A stretch of DNA of 64,000 bases, from contig OX597840.1 of the NCBI GenBank assembly GCA_951406725.2, positions 29,326,001 through 29,390,000 of the forward strand, in the 5' to 3' direction. Under the pieces are notes generated by a model, which saw nothing but the letters and a program-made list of their open reading frames with translations, had not been told where the DNA came from and did not search any database. Every line of letters starts with the position of its first letter. The first letter of the stretch is position 1. This document shows positions 25,596-39,280 of this stretch, piece by piece. The DNA comes from Octopus vulgaris (Eukaryota). Made by a program: the position numbers and the translations under genes.

Positions 25596-26603
25596 TTAAA
25601 ATTTTTTGCCTTTCCTTTGGGGTGAATTTCTCTGTATAGGTATGTTGGAATGGTTAAGTCTGGGCTTGTACTTTTCAATGAAGAATGTTTCCTTGTTTAG
25701 TCTAATTTGTGTTGGTGTTCCTATAGCACATTGGTAAAATGGAAAGATTAAAAATTGTGGTAGTAGTTGCTTTGTGCATTTCTCAATGTGCTCACTAAAA
25801 GGTATCATTCTATATTCTGGGAATGCAATCTGTTGTCGATGCAGTGTGCATCTACGTCTGAGTGATAGTCCCGTGGATCCCACGTAGTCTTGGTGGCAGC
25901 CCGAGCATTTTATGACATAAATTATGTTTTCAGAGGCACAAGTAAAATTAGATTTGATCTTGAATTTCTGTCCCTCTTTGAAGAGGAATTCTGATCCTTC
26001 TAGCAGGTTTGGACATGTTGCACAGTTCGGTCTACCACATTTTTTTACTTTTGCATCCGTAATTTCAGAAAACAATTTTGCCTTTGTGAGAATCTTTTTA
26101 AGCGATTTAGGTTGTTTGTAGCTTTTAATGATTTGGTGTATGTTTAGAATTTCCTTTAATTTGGGGTCCTTATGAAGTATTGGTAAATTCTGGGTGATGA
26201 TGGTGAAGGCTTCTTTGTTTCTGGGGTTGTATGTGGATATGTAAGGTAGTATTTTCGGGCAAGGTGTGTTGTTGTGTTGAACTTTTCTTAAAGTTTCTAT
26301 GTTGATTTCTGTTGCACGTCTGATCCCATCCTCTATGAGTTGAGCTGGGTAATGTCTGTTAATTAGGGTGTTTTTGAGTTCTTGCAGTCTAAAGTTCCTG
26401 GTATTTTGTTCTGACACTATTGTGCATATCCTTCTTGCAAGGTTGAAGGGGATGTTTGTTTTAGTGTGTCTTGGGTGGCATGAATTAAAAAGAAGGTATT
26501 GTTTGGCATCTGTGGCTTTGTAAAAAATGTCTGTTTCTATTTTAAGGTTAATTTTTTTAATTAGTATATCCAAGAATGGGAGCTCCTTTTGGTTGTATTC
26601 CAT
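25596..26603 (-). CDS. Penelope-like element (Neptune-type) ORF, 5'-truncated: RT C-terminus/thumb, Cys linker, GIY-YIG endonuclease
   Basis: LPFLDILI...TDIFYKATD..QYL.FNSCHP; CGRPNCATC; FTCASENIIYVIKCSGCHQDYVGST...R...H; E..FI.K..P.LN. Uninterrupted 335 aa. Confidence 0.92.
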   Translation of the reverse strand: MEYNQKELPFLDILIKKINLKIETDIFYKATDAKQYLLFNSCHPRHTKTNIPFNLARRICTIVSEQNTRNFRLQELKNTLINRHYPAQLIEDGIRRATEINIETLRKVQHNNTPCPKILPYISTYNPRNKEAFTIITQNLPILHKDPKLKEILNIHQIIKSYKQPKSLKKILTKAKLFSEITDAKVKKCGRPNCATCPNLLEGSEFLFKEGQKFKIKSNFTCASENIIYVIKCSGCHQDYVGSTGLSLRRRCTLHRQQIAFPEYRMIPFSEHIEKCTKQLLPQFLIFPFYQCAIGTPTQIRLNKETFFIEKYKPRLNHSNIPIQRNSPQRKGKKF

Positions 26604-26759
26604 TTCAGGACAATAAAATAAAAATACCAGTCACATGCTGGTATCGATATAACCAACTAAACCCCCTCCCCTCAAAAATGTTGGTCTTAAGGAATTCCGT
26701 CTGGCCCATCCCACGCAAACATAGAAAAGAGAACAGTAACATACATGGGAGCTGTGATG

Positions 26760-26900
26760 AAAATGATGCTGGTGATGGTGATGGTGATGGTTGTGGTAAT
26801 GATGATGATGATGATAATGATGATGTTGACAATAATGAGGATAATAATGATAATGATGAGGATGATGGTTGTGGAGGTCGTAGGGGTGGTAGTGATGGTA

Positions 26901-26951
<51 letters not shown>

Positions 26952-27138
26952 GTGATGATGATGGTGGTGATGTTGATGATGAGAGTGTTGGCTGTGATAA
27001 TAATTATGATAATGATGATGATGATGTTGACAACAATGATGATAATAATGATAATGACGATGGTTGTGGGGGTAGAAGCGGTGGTAGTGATGGTAATGAT
27101 GATGACGATGATGACGATGATGATGGTGATGACAATGG

Positions 27139-27174
<36 letters not shown>

Positions 27175-27292
27175 CAATGGCGATGATGATGATGATGATG
27201 ATGATAATGATAATGAGGATAATAATGATGGTGGGTGGTGGTGATGACAATGTTGCTGACAACGACGATGTTGACAACAATTATGATAACGA
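26760..27292. repeat. (GAT)n-rich degenerate microsatellite
   Basis: Direct inspection. Confidence 0.9.
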
Positions 27293-27498
27293 TTAAGCAA
27301 GACAGACAATTTTCTACAACCGTTTGTATGTACCAGACAACAGAAGCCATGTCGTACATTGTTAACACGAATAATTCAGTAATTAACAAGAAAATATTTA
27401 TTTTAATCAAATTTTTTTTTTCATATATTTTTCTAAAGCAAAAAAATGTCTTCAGACAATCATAATAAGTTGCAACAATTTCATTTTTGTGAACAAAA

Positions 27499-27915
27499 GG
27501 CGTAGGAGTGGCTGTGTGGTAAGTAGCTTGCTTACCAACCACATGGTTCTGGGTTCAGTCCCACTGCATGGCACCTTGGGCAAGTGTCTTCTACTATAGC
27601 CTCGGGCTGACCAAAGCCTTGTTGGTGGATTTGGTAGACGGAAACTGAAAGAAGCCTGTCATATATATGTATATATATATGTGCATGTGTGTGTATATCT
27701 TTGTGTGTCTGTGTTTGTCCCTCCCCCAAACATCGCTTGACAACCGATGCTGGTGTGTTTACATCCCTGTAACTTAGCAGTTCGGCAAAAGAGACCAATA
27801 GAATAAGTACTAGGCTTCCAAAGAATAAGTCCCGGGGTCGATTTGGTCGATTAAAGGTGGTGCTCCAGCATGGCCACAGTCAAATGACGGAAACAAGTAA
27901 AAGAGTACAAGGGTA
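27499..27915 (+). mobile_element. SINE family A
   Basis: Full copy. Confidence 0.9.
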
Positions 27916-27979
27916 AAATCCCTCAGCTGTCTCCCCGCCCCCACCAAAGCCACCGACTTGATTTATTTTGTCTTTGAGG

Positions 27980-28112
27980 CAACAGATCTGATGCTATTGA
28001 TGTGGTTAAAATGTCGCAAGAAAGAATCGCAAGATAGATTCTTCAAGCCAAGTCAACTGACAGGAGACCCAGAGGTTGACCAAGAAAGAGATGACTGGAG
28101 AATATCCACAGT
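27980..28112 (+). mobile_element. Decayed RTE ORF C-terminus
   Basis: MSQERIAR*ILQAKSTDRRPRG*PRKR, resembling RTE RPRGRP motif. Confidence 0.55.
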
Positions 28113-28116
28113 CCAT

Positions 28117-28282
28117 AGGTGCAGGAGTGGCTGTGTGGTTAGTAGCTTGTTTACCAACCACATGGTTCTGGGTTCAGTCCCACTGCGTGGCACCATGGGC
28201 AAGTGTCTTCTACTATAGCCTCGGGCCAACCAAAGCCTTGTGAGTGGATTTTGTAGAAGGAAACTGAAAGAAGCCTGTCATA

Positions 28283-28337
<55 letters not shown>

Positions 28338-28550
28338 TTGTGTGTCTGTGTTTGTCCCCCTAGCATTGCTTGACAACTGATGCTGGTGTGTTTATGTCCC
28401 CGTTACTTAGCGGTTCAGCAAAAGAGACCGATAGAATAAGTACTGGGCTTACAAAAGAATAAGTCCCGGGGTCGAGTTGCTCGATTAAAGGCGATGCTCC
28501 AGCATGGCCACAGTCAAGTGACTGAAACAAGTAAAAGAGTAAAAGAGAAA
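28117..28550 (+). mobile_element. SINE family A
   Basis: Full copy. Confidence 0.9.
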
Positions 28551-28979
28551 AGAGAGAGTCCCACTTGGGTGTCCTAAGGAATCCAGTTAGGAAGTGTAAT
28601 GCTGGTTACTTCTGATAGGAACCAGTAGACTTATTGAAGAGGCAACAGAGGAGTCTAGCCTTCAGGACCCTCTTAGGAATAGCAGGAGCAGAAGAAGTGG
28701 GGTTGGATATGGATGTATATACAAGGTGGGGAAGCAAAACTTGGTATATTTTGGAAGCCTTATTTTTCCTATATTCCTGAGCGTAAATACTAAAATGTTG
28801 TTTTCTATTTCAGGGTGGAGGTATATAGAGTTTAGTTTAAGCAGAAGTTCCACTCATCCGATCTAGCATGTTGACTCAAGAAGCCAAGGGACAACTCATT
28901 GTAGACTTGCTTCGTGCCAGGGTTGCAATTAGATGTTTTGCTAGGACTGATGGGGTCCTCTATGAGCACTGTGTACAAC

Positions 28980-29680
28980 ATTAAGAACCAAATGCTGGAT
29001 ATGGGAGAAAGCAAGAGAATGCATTTCTTAAATCTCTCAAAGACAAAATTTCAAAAGACCCATCAACACCCGTGAAAAAACTGTTCATGGGCATGAAAGT
29101 TGATCCAAAGATCATCAGAACTGCAGCACACACTGATTTACAGTTGGGGGTCATACAGGAGGACCCTAAGACACCTGTTGACCCATGCAATGAAAGCCAG
29201 AAGGTATGAAAGGACCAAAAAAGTGTTGCAATACCTGAAGCATAATAATCAAACTGTCAAAATCTTTACCACTGATGCTGTTTCAAACTGTCGCGATGAT
29301 GGACACATTGCTAAATCACCTTCTGAAGTAAAGGGCATCTTTAGAACCAAGCGCCCGGCTCAAGTCATGGTACTTGGAGTTGTGGCATCTGATGGAAAAC
29401 AGATGCCTCTCCATTTTTTCAAGTCTGGGGAAAAGGTGGGGGATGAAGTTTATTATAAAGTCCTGTGGTATAAGGTTTTGCCTTGGCTGAAGTCTGACCA
29501 CCCCAACGGTAATTATGTGTGGACCCAAGACGGGCTCCTGCTCATATGGTGAAGGAAGTGCAGAAATTCTATGAAGACAACTTCACCAACTTTTGGCCTG
29601 CCAACTTCTAGCCTTCTTCCAGCCCAGACTTGAACCCCCAAATGTTGATCATCTTAAGCAAGGTCTGAATACGAAAACAG
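28980..29680 (+). pseudogene. Tc1/mariner superfamily (maT/DD37D-like) transposase relic
   Basis: RTKRPAQVMVLGVVASDGKQMPLHFF...YVWTQDG, then PSSSPDLNP after frameshift/stop. Confidence 0.8.
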
Positions 29681-29733
29681 CCTATTTTCAAGGACGTAAA
29701 CAGCCTATTTCCAGCTTGTTTGAAGTGCCGATA

Positions 29734-30062
29734 CCTTTAGTCGAGCAAATTGACCCCAGAACTTATTCTTTGTAAGCCTAGCACTTATTCTATTGGTCTC
29801 TTTTGCTGAACTGCTAGGTTACAGGGATGAAAACACACCAGCATCGGTTGTCAAGTGATAAACACAAACACACAAATATACACACACATACATATATATA
29901 CATATACAACGGGATTCTTCCAGTTTCTGTCTACCAAATCCACTCACAAGGCTTTGGTTGGCCTGAGGCTATAATAGAAGACACTTGACCAAGCTGTCAT
30001 GGAGTGGGACTGAACCCAGGACCATATGGTTGGTAAGCAAGATACTTACCCCACAGTCACTC
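29734..30062 (-). mobile_element. SINE family A (diverged)
   Basis: Reverse copy lacking the tail. Confidence 0.85.
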
Positions 30063-30134
30063 ATATTATTAATTTAATGAATGAATTGACTAGCTGATAA
30101 AAATCCTTAACGTGATCTTTATCCTTAAATATAT

Positions 30135-30166
<32 letters not shown>

Positions 30167-30213
30167 GTATATCTGTATATATGTATATATTTATATGTCT
30201 ATATCTATATCTG

Positions 30214-30246
<33 letters not shown>

Positions 30247-30250
<4 letters not shown>

Positions 30251-30655
30251 TAGAAAAAAACACCTTTTATCAATTCAAAATGAACAATTAAATTACACCA
30301 TCTAGAAAATTACATATAATAGAAATATTAAAAAGAAAATAACAATAATATACCGATGCTTAATTAAATTGCAAAATAATAATAAAAATGTATATATATA
30401 TAAAACCAATTATATACGTTTTATTTATTATTTTGCACATTACTTAATCATCAGTATATTATTGTTATTTTATATTTAATATTTCTATTATATGTAATTT
30501 TCTTGATGGTATAATTTAATTGTTCATTTTGAATTGATAAAACGTGGTTTTTTCTAATTTTTATATATATATTATATTTTGTGAATTTTGATTTAGTATT
30601 TCTAAACTGAATTTTTCCCTGTAACTTAGGAATAATATTCCCTCAAGTAATATTA
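30247..30655 (+). mobile_element. Foldback pLTR remnant in (TA)n, same family as the 37967 element
   Basis: 30247-~30395 is inverted relative to ~30410-30560; homologous to 37967-38123. Confidence 0.8.
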
Positions 30656-30681
30656 TTTATATATATATATATATATATAGA

Positions 30682-31710
30682 ATGGATGAAGATAGGTGTG
30701 TGAAAAAGTGGCACACCCTGGCAGTTGAGGGGACCTGTGGAAGAGTTAGACCCAGGAAAACCTGGGTCGAGGTGGTGAAGCACGACCTTCGAACTCTAGG
30801 TCTCACCAAGGAAATGACCAGAGACCGAGACCTATGGAAGTATGCTGTGCGTCAGAAGACCCGGCAAGACCAGTGAGAACAATCAAAATCAAATCATATA
30901 TCAGAAAGCAGGGGTTAAGTGACCCATCTGTTTGTGTCCGCTGTCAGCCTCGTCTGGCATCTGTGTCGGTGATACGTAAAAGCACCATTCGCTCGTAGCC
31001 GTTTGCCAGCTCTGTCTGGCCTCCATGTCGGTGGCATGTAAAAGCACCATCCGTACGTGTTCGTTGCCAGCCTCGCCTGGCCCCGTGCCGGTGACACGTA
31101 AAAGCACCGTCCGTTCGTGGCCGTTTGCCAGCTCTGTCTGGCCCCGTGTCGGTGGCACGTAAAAGCACCATCCGTTCGTGTCCGTTGCCAGCCTCGGCTG
31201 GCCTCCATGCCGGTGACACGTAAAAGCACCGTCCGTTCGTGGCCGTTTGCCAGCTCTGTCTGGCAACCGTGTCGGTGGCATGTAAAAGCACCATCAGTTC
31301 GTGTCCGTTGCCAGCCTCGGCTGGCCCCCGTGCCGGTGACATGTAAAAGCACCGTCCGTTCGTGGCCGTTTACCAGCTCTGTCTGGCAACCGTGTCGGTG
31401 GCACGTAAAAGCACCATCAGTTCGTGTCCGTTGCCAGCTCTGTCTGGCCCCGTGCCGGTGACACGTAAAAGCACCATCCGTTCGTGGCCGTTTGCCAGCT
31501 CTGTCTGGCACCTGTGCAGGTGGCACGTAAAAATCACCCACTACACTCGCGGAGTGGTTGGCGTTAGGAAGGGCATCCAGCCGTAGAAACACTGCCAGAT
31601 CTGACTGGGCCTGAAGAAGCCTTCCGGCTTCACAGACCCCAGTTGACCCATCCAACCCATGCTAGCATGGAAAGCGGACGCTAAATGATGATGATGATGA
31701 TGATGATGAT
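30682..31710 (+). mobile_element. RTE-clade LINE 3' end with expanded UTR minisatellite
   Basis: ORF end GRVRPRKTWVEVVKHDLRTLGL...DRDLWKYAV; ~61-bp unit x10 at 30960-31530; (GAT)n tail. Confidence 0.9.
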
Positions 31711-31719
31711 GATATATAT

Positions 31720-32307
<588 letters not shown>

Positions 32308-32635
32308 TATATATCTGTATGTATATATATATACATATGCATGCAAGTGTAACCATCTCTAGCTAATATCTAGCGCTCTCTGTTTAGCCAATAATGTCTA
32401 GTAGAACTAGTTTCTCCATTATATTCTCCTAGGACTAAAGAAGAGAACTTATGAGAATCTCATAAACTGCCACTGTTAAATATATTCTTTCAACAATTCT
32501 TTATATCTTACACTAATAATGGTCTGACACTTCACACAAATCTATCAGACTTTCATCTCCTCCTGTTACTTGACTCTCCTTCAAATTTCAGTTTCTTCCA
32601 TTCTTTCGGTCTTCCGTTATTGTTGTTGTCACCAT

Positions 32636-32821
32636 TCTTCTTCTTCTTCTTCTTCTTCTTCTTCTTCTTCTTCTTCTTCTTCTTCTTCTTCTTCTTCTTC
32701 TTCTTCTTCTTCTTCTTCTTCTTCTTCTTCTTCTTCTTCTTCTTCTTCTTCTTCTTTTCCATCCATCATCATCATCATCATCATCTTCTTCTTCTTCTTC
32801 TTCTTCTTCTTCTTCTTCTTC

Positions 32822-32853
<32 letters not shown>

Positions 32854-33180
32854 CTTCTCATCCTTCCCCCACCACCTCCTCCTCCTCTTTCTCCTCTCTC
32901 CCTCCCCTTCTTCTTCTTCTTCCCTCCCCCTCCCCTCCCCTTCCTTTTTCTCGCTTTTTATCATCTTCTGTATCTTCATTATCTATTGTCATCATCATCA
33001 CCACCATCGTCATCTTTATTCTCACCATGACCACCATGACCATCATCACCACCATCACCATCACCATCATCACCACCATCATCATCATCTTTACTCTCAT
33101 CACCACCACCACCACCACCACCACCAACCACCTTGCACTACTACTCTCATCATCATCATCATCATCATCATCACAACCAC
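32636..33180. repeat. (TTC)n, (CAT)n and (CAC)n microsatellites
   Basis: Direct inspection. Confidence 0.95.
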
Positions 33181-34469
33181 TCCGCATCCCTCCTCCACTT
33201 CCTCTTCCTTCTTCTCCACCCTTTCCTCTTTCCATCCCCTTCCATCACCCATCATTCCCCTCTCTTTTCACAAGAGAAATATTCTCCATTTACCGAATTT
33301 CCTTTCCTGTTTTTCTCCGTTTTTCAATTTCATTTCGTTGGCAGCATTGGAAGAACGACATTAACAGAAACAAGAGTCCAAGAGAATTGGTCTCACTGTT
33401 GGGAGGGTCATTCTGTGTCAAATCTTCAGGCAGACATCAAAAACCAATTTTCTCTCAGTTCGGTAACCTGAGGAAATATTTCAGTCAAAAATCTTTAGTC
33501 CTCAGTCGTCCTCAATGTCGTCCGCAAAGATTAATGTCAAACACTCTGTGGAGGTGATTTAATTTCTAACCAATGTTCTTCAGAGAATGAAGGAGTTTCT
33601 TCATTCAAGAGGATGGCTCAATCGTTGTGCTAGAAATAGCAGTCTAACATTCCTTAATTTGGACATTCACACACATTCACACAAAACAATGCATCAAGCA
33701 TTTTACAATATAATCATCATCATTGTTATCATCATCGTTGTCATTGTGGTTGTCATCATCATCATCATCATCGTCATTATTATTGCCATCATCATCATCA
33801 CCAGAAGCAGCAACAGCACCAGCGGCACTAGCAGCATCACCACTATCATTACTACTACTATCATCATCATCATCTTTATCATCATCATTATCATCATCAT
33901 CATCATCATCAAATCATAATCATCATCATCATCATTGTCATGATGAGGATGATGATGTTGGTGATGATTGTAATGATGATGACGACGATGGTGATGATGA
34001 GGAGGACGAGGGTGATGATGGTTGACGCAATGCAAAAGTTTTCTAAAATGTAACTTGTCTTTACTTTCTGGCTAACCACTTCCCAGATTGATCCTGGCTG
34101 CAGTTACCATGGCACCAGCACTAGAGTGATAGCCATGTAATCGACAAGACCAAACAGTCCTTGTCTCAACTTCACACTGTCTCTTATCCTTCAACGACCA
34201 TTTAATAGAGTGTTCTGGATGGAATCTTTGTGGGCTTTCAGCTTTACAAAATCTGCCTCAACAAATTCTGTCCGACCCATTCAGACAAAGAAAAGTTGAC
34301 CTTAAAAGAATCACGACAGCTACAATGATGACGATGATGATGATGATGATGAGAGTGACCATGACGACAACACCACTGCTGCTGCTGTTGCTGTTGAGCG
34401 AATGATCTTCGTCCCAGAGCTTGCAAGATGGGAGAAGTCCAAAACGTGGTCCTTTGCTATTCATAAGAC

Positions 34470-34762
34470 CCGCAGAAGAGAAAGCAGGTCAACCCCCTGA
34501 CACCGAGAGCATTGACAGATGGATGAATGCGCATCCAGGCTCAGCGGTTGCATAGGAAGTCGGGGACAGGAAACAGGAAGAAAGAGTGAGAGAAAATTGG
34601 GGCGAAAGAGTACACCAGGGGTCGCCACCACCCCCTGCCAGAGCCTCGTGGAGCTTTAGGTGTTTTCGCTCAATAAACACTCACAACGTCCGGTCTGGGT
34701 ATCGAAATAGTGATCCTATGACCGCGAGTCCACTGCACTAACCACTGGGCCATTGCGCCTCT
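34470..34762 (-). mobile_element. SINE family D (tRNA head ggcgcaatggcccagtggttag)
   Basis: 5' part homologous to 48081-48290. Confidence 0.8.
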
Positions 34763-34794
34763 ACACACACACACATATATTTTTTCTTTTTTTT

Positions 34795-34995
34795 TATTTG
34801 TTTCAGTCATTTGACTGCAGCCATGCTGGAGCACCGCCTTTAGTCGAGCAAGTCAACCCCAGGACTTATTCTTTGTAAGCCGCGTACTTATTACATCAGT
34901 CTATTTTTGCCAAACCGCTAAGTTACAGGGACGTAAACAAACCAGCATCTAAGTCAAGTGATGTTGGGGGGACAAACACAGACACACACATACAT

Positions 34996-35052
<57 letters not shown>

Positions 35053-35207
35053 ACGGGCTTCTTTCAGTTTCTGTCTACCAAATCCACTCACAAGGCATTG
35101 GTTGGCCCAAGGCTATAGTAGAAGACACTTGCCCAACGTGCCACGCAGTGGGACTGAACCCGGCATCATGTGGTTGGTTAGCAAGCTACTTACCACACAG
35201 CCACTCC
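34795..35207 (-). mobile_element. SINE family A
   Basis: Reverse copy. Confidence 0.9.
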
Positions 35208-35744
35208 ATATATTTATATATATATATATATATTGAGAAATGTTCTCTTTCTCTTGTAGCAATCAGTTCAGCTTTTCTGCTCTGCTTATATCGAATGAAA
35301 AAAGAAAAAAGAAAAAAGGAGAAATACAAAAGACTATAAAAACAGGCAAATATTTCTTGTCAGTTTTTCCGTCTCTTTGGAATTACATTTGAAAAATACT
35401 GTTTTCAATAATCTATGAGTTTAATTAAGTGATAATTGAACAGCTCAGCTTTGCATTGATTTCATTGACTAGTACAGTCGTTGTTGTTGTTGTTGTTCAT
35501 GGTGGTGTTGGTGGGTGAATATGCATGGCCAAATAGATAGGCAGTTGGACTGAAGATCATAGGCACGTGGCTTAGTGGTTAAGGTATCAGACTCATGATA
35601 GTAAGATTGTGGTTTCAATTCCTGGACCAGGTGATGCATTGTGTTCTTGAGCAAAATACTTAATTTCTTGTTGCTCCAGTCCACTCAGCTGGCAAAAATG
35701 AGCAATAATCCTGCAACGGATGAGCGTCCCATCCAAATACTCTC

Positions 35745-36162
35745 ACTCTTTTACTCTCCTTTTACTCTTTTACTTGTTTCAGTCATTTGACTGCGGCCAT
35801 GCTGGAGCACCGCCTTTAGTCGAGCAGATCGACCCCGGGACTTATTCTTTGTAAGCCCAGTACTTATTCTATTAGTCTCTTTTGCCGAACCGCTAAGTGA
35901 CGGGGACATAAACACACCAGCATCAGTTGTCAAGCAATGCTAGGGGGACAAACACAGACACACAAACACATACATTCATATATATATACATATACATATA
36001 TACGATGGGATTCTTTCAGTTTCCATCTACCAAATCCACTCACAAGGCTTTGGTCGGCCTGGGGTTATAGCAGAAGACAGTTGCCCAAGATGCCATGCAG
36101 AGGGACTGAACCCGGAACCATGTGGTTGGTAAGCAAGCTACTTACCACACAGCCACTCCTGT
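35745..36162 (-). mobile_element. SINE family A
   Basis: Reverse copy. Confidence 0.9.
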
Positions 36163-36544
36163 GCTTATGGGAACATATATGGGGAACATATATGCCATAG
36201 AAACTGGGAAACTGGCCCTTATGAGTCAGCCTGACTTGAGAAGGTAACTTTACCTTTGGTTTTTTTTTACTCAAAATTATAATGTTGTTGGTTTGATTTC
36301 GTGGCAGGTGCAGGGACATGGTAGCTTCTTCAGTCACACTGATTCATAAGAGCCAGGTGCTTGGTTTCCATGATGTATATAAGCCCCACCTGGATGGGAC
36401 ACCAGTCCATTGCAGGTACAACTCATTTTTGCCAGCTGAATGGATTGCAGCAACATAAAACCAAGTGTCTTGCTCAAGAAAATGACACATCACCCTGTCC
36501 AAGAATCAAAACCACAAACTTACTACCATGAGTCTGAAACACAA

Positions 36545-37145
36545 ACCTATTTCTTTACTACCCACAAAGGGCTAAACACAGAGAGGACAAACAAGGACAG
36601 AAAAACGGATTAAGTTGATTATATCGACCCCAGTGTGTAACTGGTACTTAATTTATTGACCCCGAAAGGATGAAAGGCAAAGTCGACTTCGGCGGAATTT
36701 GAACTCAGAATGTAAAGACAGACGAAATACCTATTTCTTTACTATCCACAAGGGGCTAAACACAGAGAGGACAAACAAGGACAGACAAACAGATTAAGTT
36801 GATTACAGTGACCCCAGTGCTTAACTAGTACTTAATTTATTGATCCTGAAAGGATGAAAGGCAAAGTTGACTTCGGCAGAATTTGAACTCAGAACGTAAA
36901 GACAGACGAAATACCTATTTCTTTACTATCCACAAGGGGCTAAACACAGAGAGGACAAACAAGGACAGACAAACAGATTAAGTCGATTATATCGACCCCA
37001 GTGCGTGACTGGTACTTATTTAATCGACCCCGAAAGGATAAAAGGCAAAGTTGACCTCGGCGGAATTTGAACTCAGAGTGTAGCAGCCGACAAAATACTG
37101 CTAAGCATTTCGCCCGGCGTGCTAACGTTTCTGCCAGCTCGCCGC
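36545..37145 (-). mobile_element. SINE family B with three tandem 3' units
   Basis: ~184-bp unit repeated; head at 37100-37145. Confidence 0.85.
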
Positions 37146-37840
37146 TAAAACACAAACCACCAAGCCACACACCTCCACAAGTGCAGGGACAGCTGTGTGG
37201 TTAACAAATCCAGATTCCAACCAAATGATTTTGGATTCAGTCCCACTGCTTGGCTCACTGGGCCATGCAATAGCATTGAAGTGTCTTCTACTTTAGCTCT
37301 GGGTTGACCAAAACATTGTGAATGGATTTGGTAGACAGATCCTAAAAGAAGCTGGTTGTCTTTTGAGTACTTGGCAGCCCCACTAGTGCTGGTGCCACAA
37401 GAGAATACACCCAGTATATTCTGTCAAGTGGTTTGTGTTTTGAAGGGCAACCAGCTATAGAAAGCATACAAAGGAAGATATTGGGGTTTGGCACAGCCCT
37501 CTGGCTTGCTGGATCTGGTTCAACCATCAAACCCATATCAGTGTGGAAAAAGAGTCATGAAATGAGGATGATGACGATGATGATGATGATTATGACAACG
37601 GCGATGGTGGCGATGGTGATGGTGGTGATGATGATGACGATGATGGTGATGATGCTGCCGCTGTCGATGATGATGATGATGAAGGATTATTTGCAGACAC
37701 AAGGGATCATATAATTATTGAATTATCATGTTTCCATGGCATGAAACTATTAGTAACTCATATCTAAATATTGTCTACATTCAATGATATTTATCTCTAA
37801 CTGGATGGGCTGCTTTTGCTGCTCTTAATAGAATAGTAAG

Positions 37841-37970
<130 letters not shown>

Positions 37971-38127
37971 TAGAAAAAACCCACCTTCTATCAATTCAAT
38001 AATGAAAAATTAAATTATACCATTTAGAAAAATTACATATTATAGAAAGATTAAATATAAGATAAAGCATATAACAATGATTAAGTAATATGCAAAATAG
38101 TAAGTAAAATGTATATGTTTGGTAGAG

Positions 38128-38222
38128 TAATGACACGTGTTTCGTGGCTATTTTCAAGAAATGATAATAGAAATAATAATAGTAAAATCACTTCAATATA
38201 AATATAGCCACTCTTCAGGTTA
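38128..38222 (-). ncRNA. Type I hammerhead ribozyme with long stem II insert
   Basis: uaa(c)-CUGAAGA-guggcua...uagccac-GAAAC-acgu-GUC-(a)uua; palindromic stem III; weak stem I. Confidence 0.8.
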
Positions 38223-39119
38223 AAGATAAAAACAATAAAATAGTTAATTAGATAAATTAGATAAATTAATAAATATACGTAAATAATCTTGTAAAATACG
38301 AAATATCTAAACAAATATATTCTTGTTTAAATAAAAAAATAGAATAAAAAATAAGATATACAATTAATTAAAATATTTAAAACAAATACATGTATATAAA
38401 TAAAACACAAAATATACATTAAGTGAAAACTAAATACTATAATTTAATCTATATAAATTAAATTAAATTATTAATTGATTAATTTATTTAATAAACATCT
38501 AAATAAAATTTTATACTCATTGAGTAATCTATATTAAAAATCCCTTAATGTTAAGTAATATACATAATGTTAGTACAAGCTATAAATATTAGAATTAATA
38601 ATAGGAAATGGTTTAAATATATACAAACCTATTAAATAAACTAAATATATTATTAAAATACATGTAGTATATATAGATTTAATATTTTACTCAATTATAT
38701 AGTTGACCAAAATATCAATTAATATTAAACTAATTTACTTAAATGTAATATTACGTAATAAATAGGCCACTTAACTATTAAATAGTATATTGTCTTAAAA
38801 AAGTAATTCTCAAATTAAATTATATGTAATTCGTTAAATCACATTATAAAATTAATAATAATCATAATCATAAAACAAAACAAAATAAATAAATAGATAT
38901 ATATATATATATATCGTAACTAATAATTATTAAGAAATTATATATAAATTAATATTTTAACAACAATAATAATCATAATAATAATAATAATCAAACTTAA
39001 TACAATTCAAAAGTTAAATAATATTGTTAAATAAAAAACATTACTTAGCTTGTAAATGAAAATAATATAACTCATATATATATATACACACACACACAAA
39101 CACATATATATATATACAT

Positions 39120-39190
<71 letters not shown>

Positions 39191-39245
39191 TATATACAAA
39201 ATTTCTTCTTAAAGAAAAAATATATATTCAAATAAGTAAAACATA

Positions 39246-39280
39246 ATATCATGAATAGCGATAGCGAAACCGGTCGATAT
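39246..39280 (+). ncRNA. Minimal type I hammerhead ribozyme with A3-U8 core variant
   Basis: auauc-AUGAAUA-gc(gaua)gc-GAAAC-cg-GUC-gauau within a ~145-bp island (39190-39335) flanked by (TA)n. Confidence 0.8.

Noticed and set aside
26576-27542. Poly-D, poly-H and poly-M ORFs (also poly-E/R/S at 39937-40980 and 32553-33364)
   Set aside because: Trinucleotide microsatellites open in several frames on both strands
30411-30460. Apparent hammerhead (CUGAUGA...AAACGUA) on the minus strand
   Set aside because: No GAAA or stem II; the homologous region at ~38060-38115 lacks it and it is antisense to the real family HHR
30960-31530. Regular repeats resembling a CRISPR array
   Set aside because: No unique spacers, no cas genes, eukaryotic LINE UTR context
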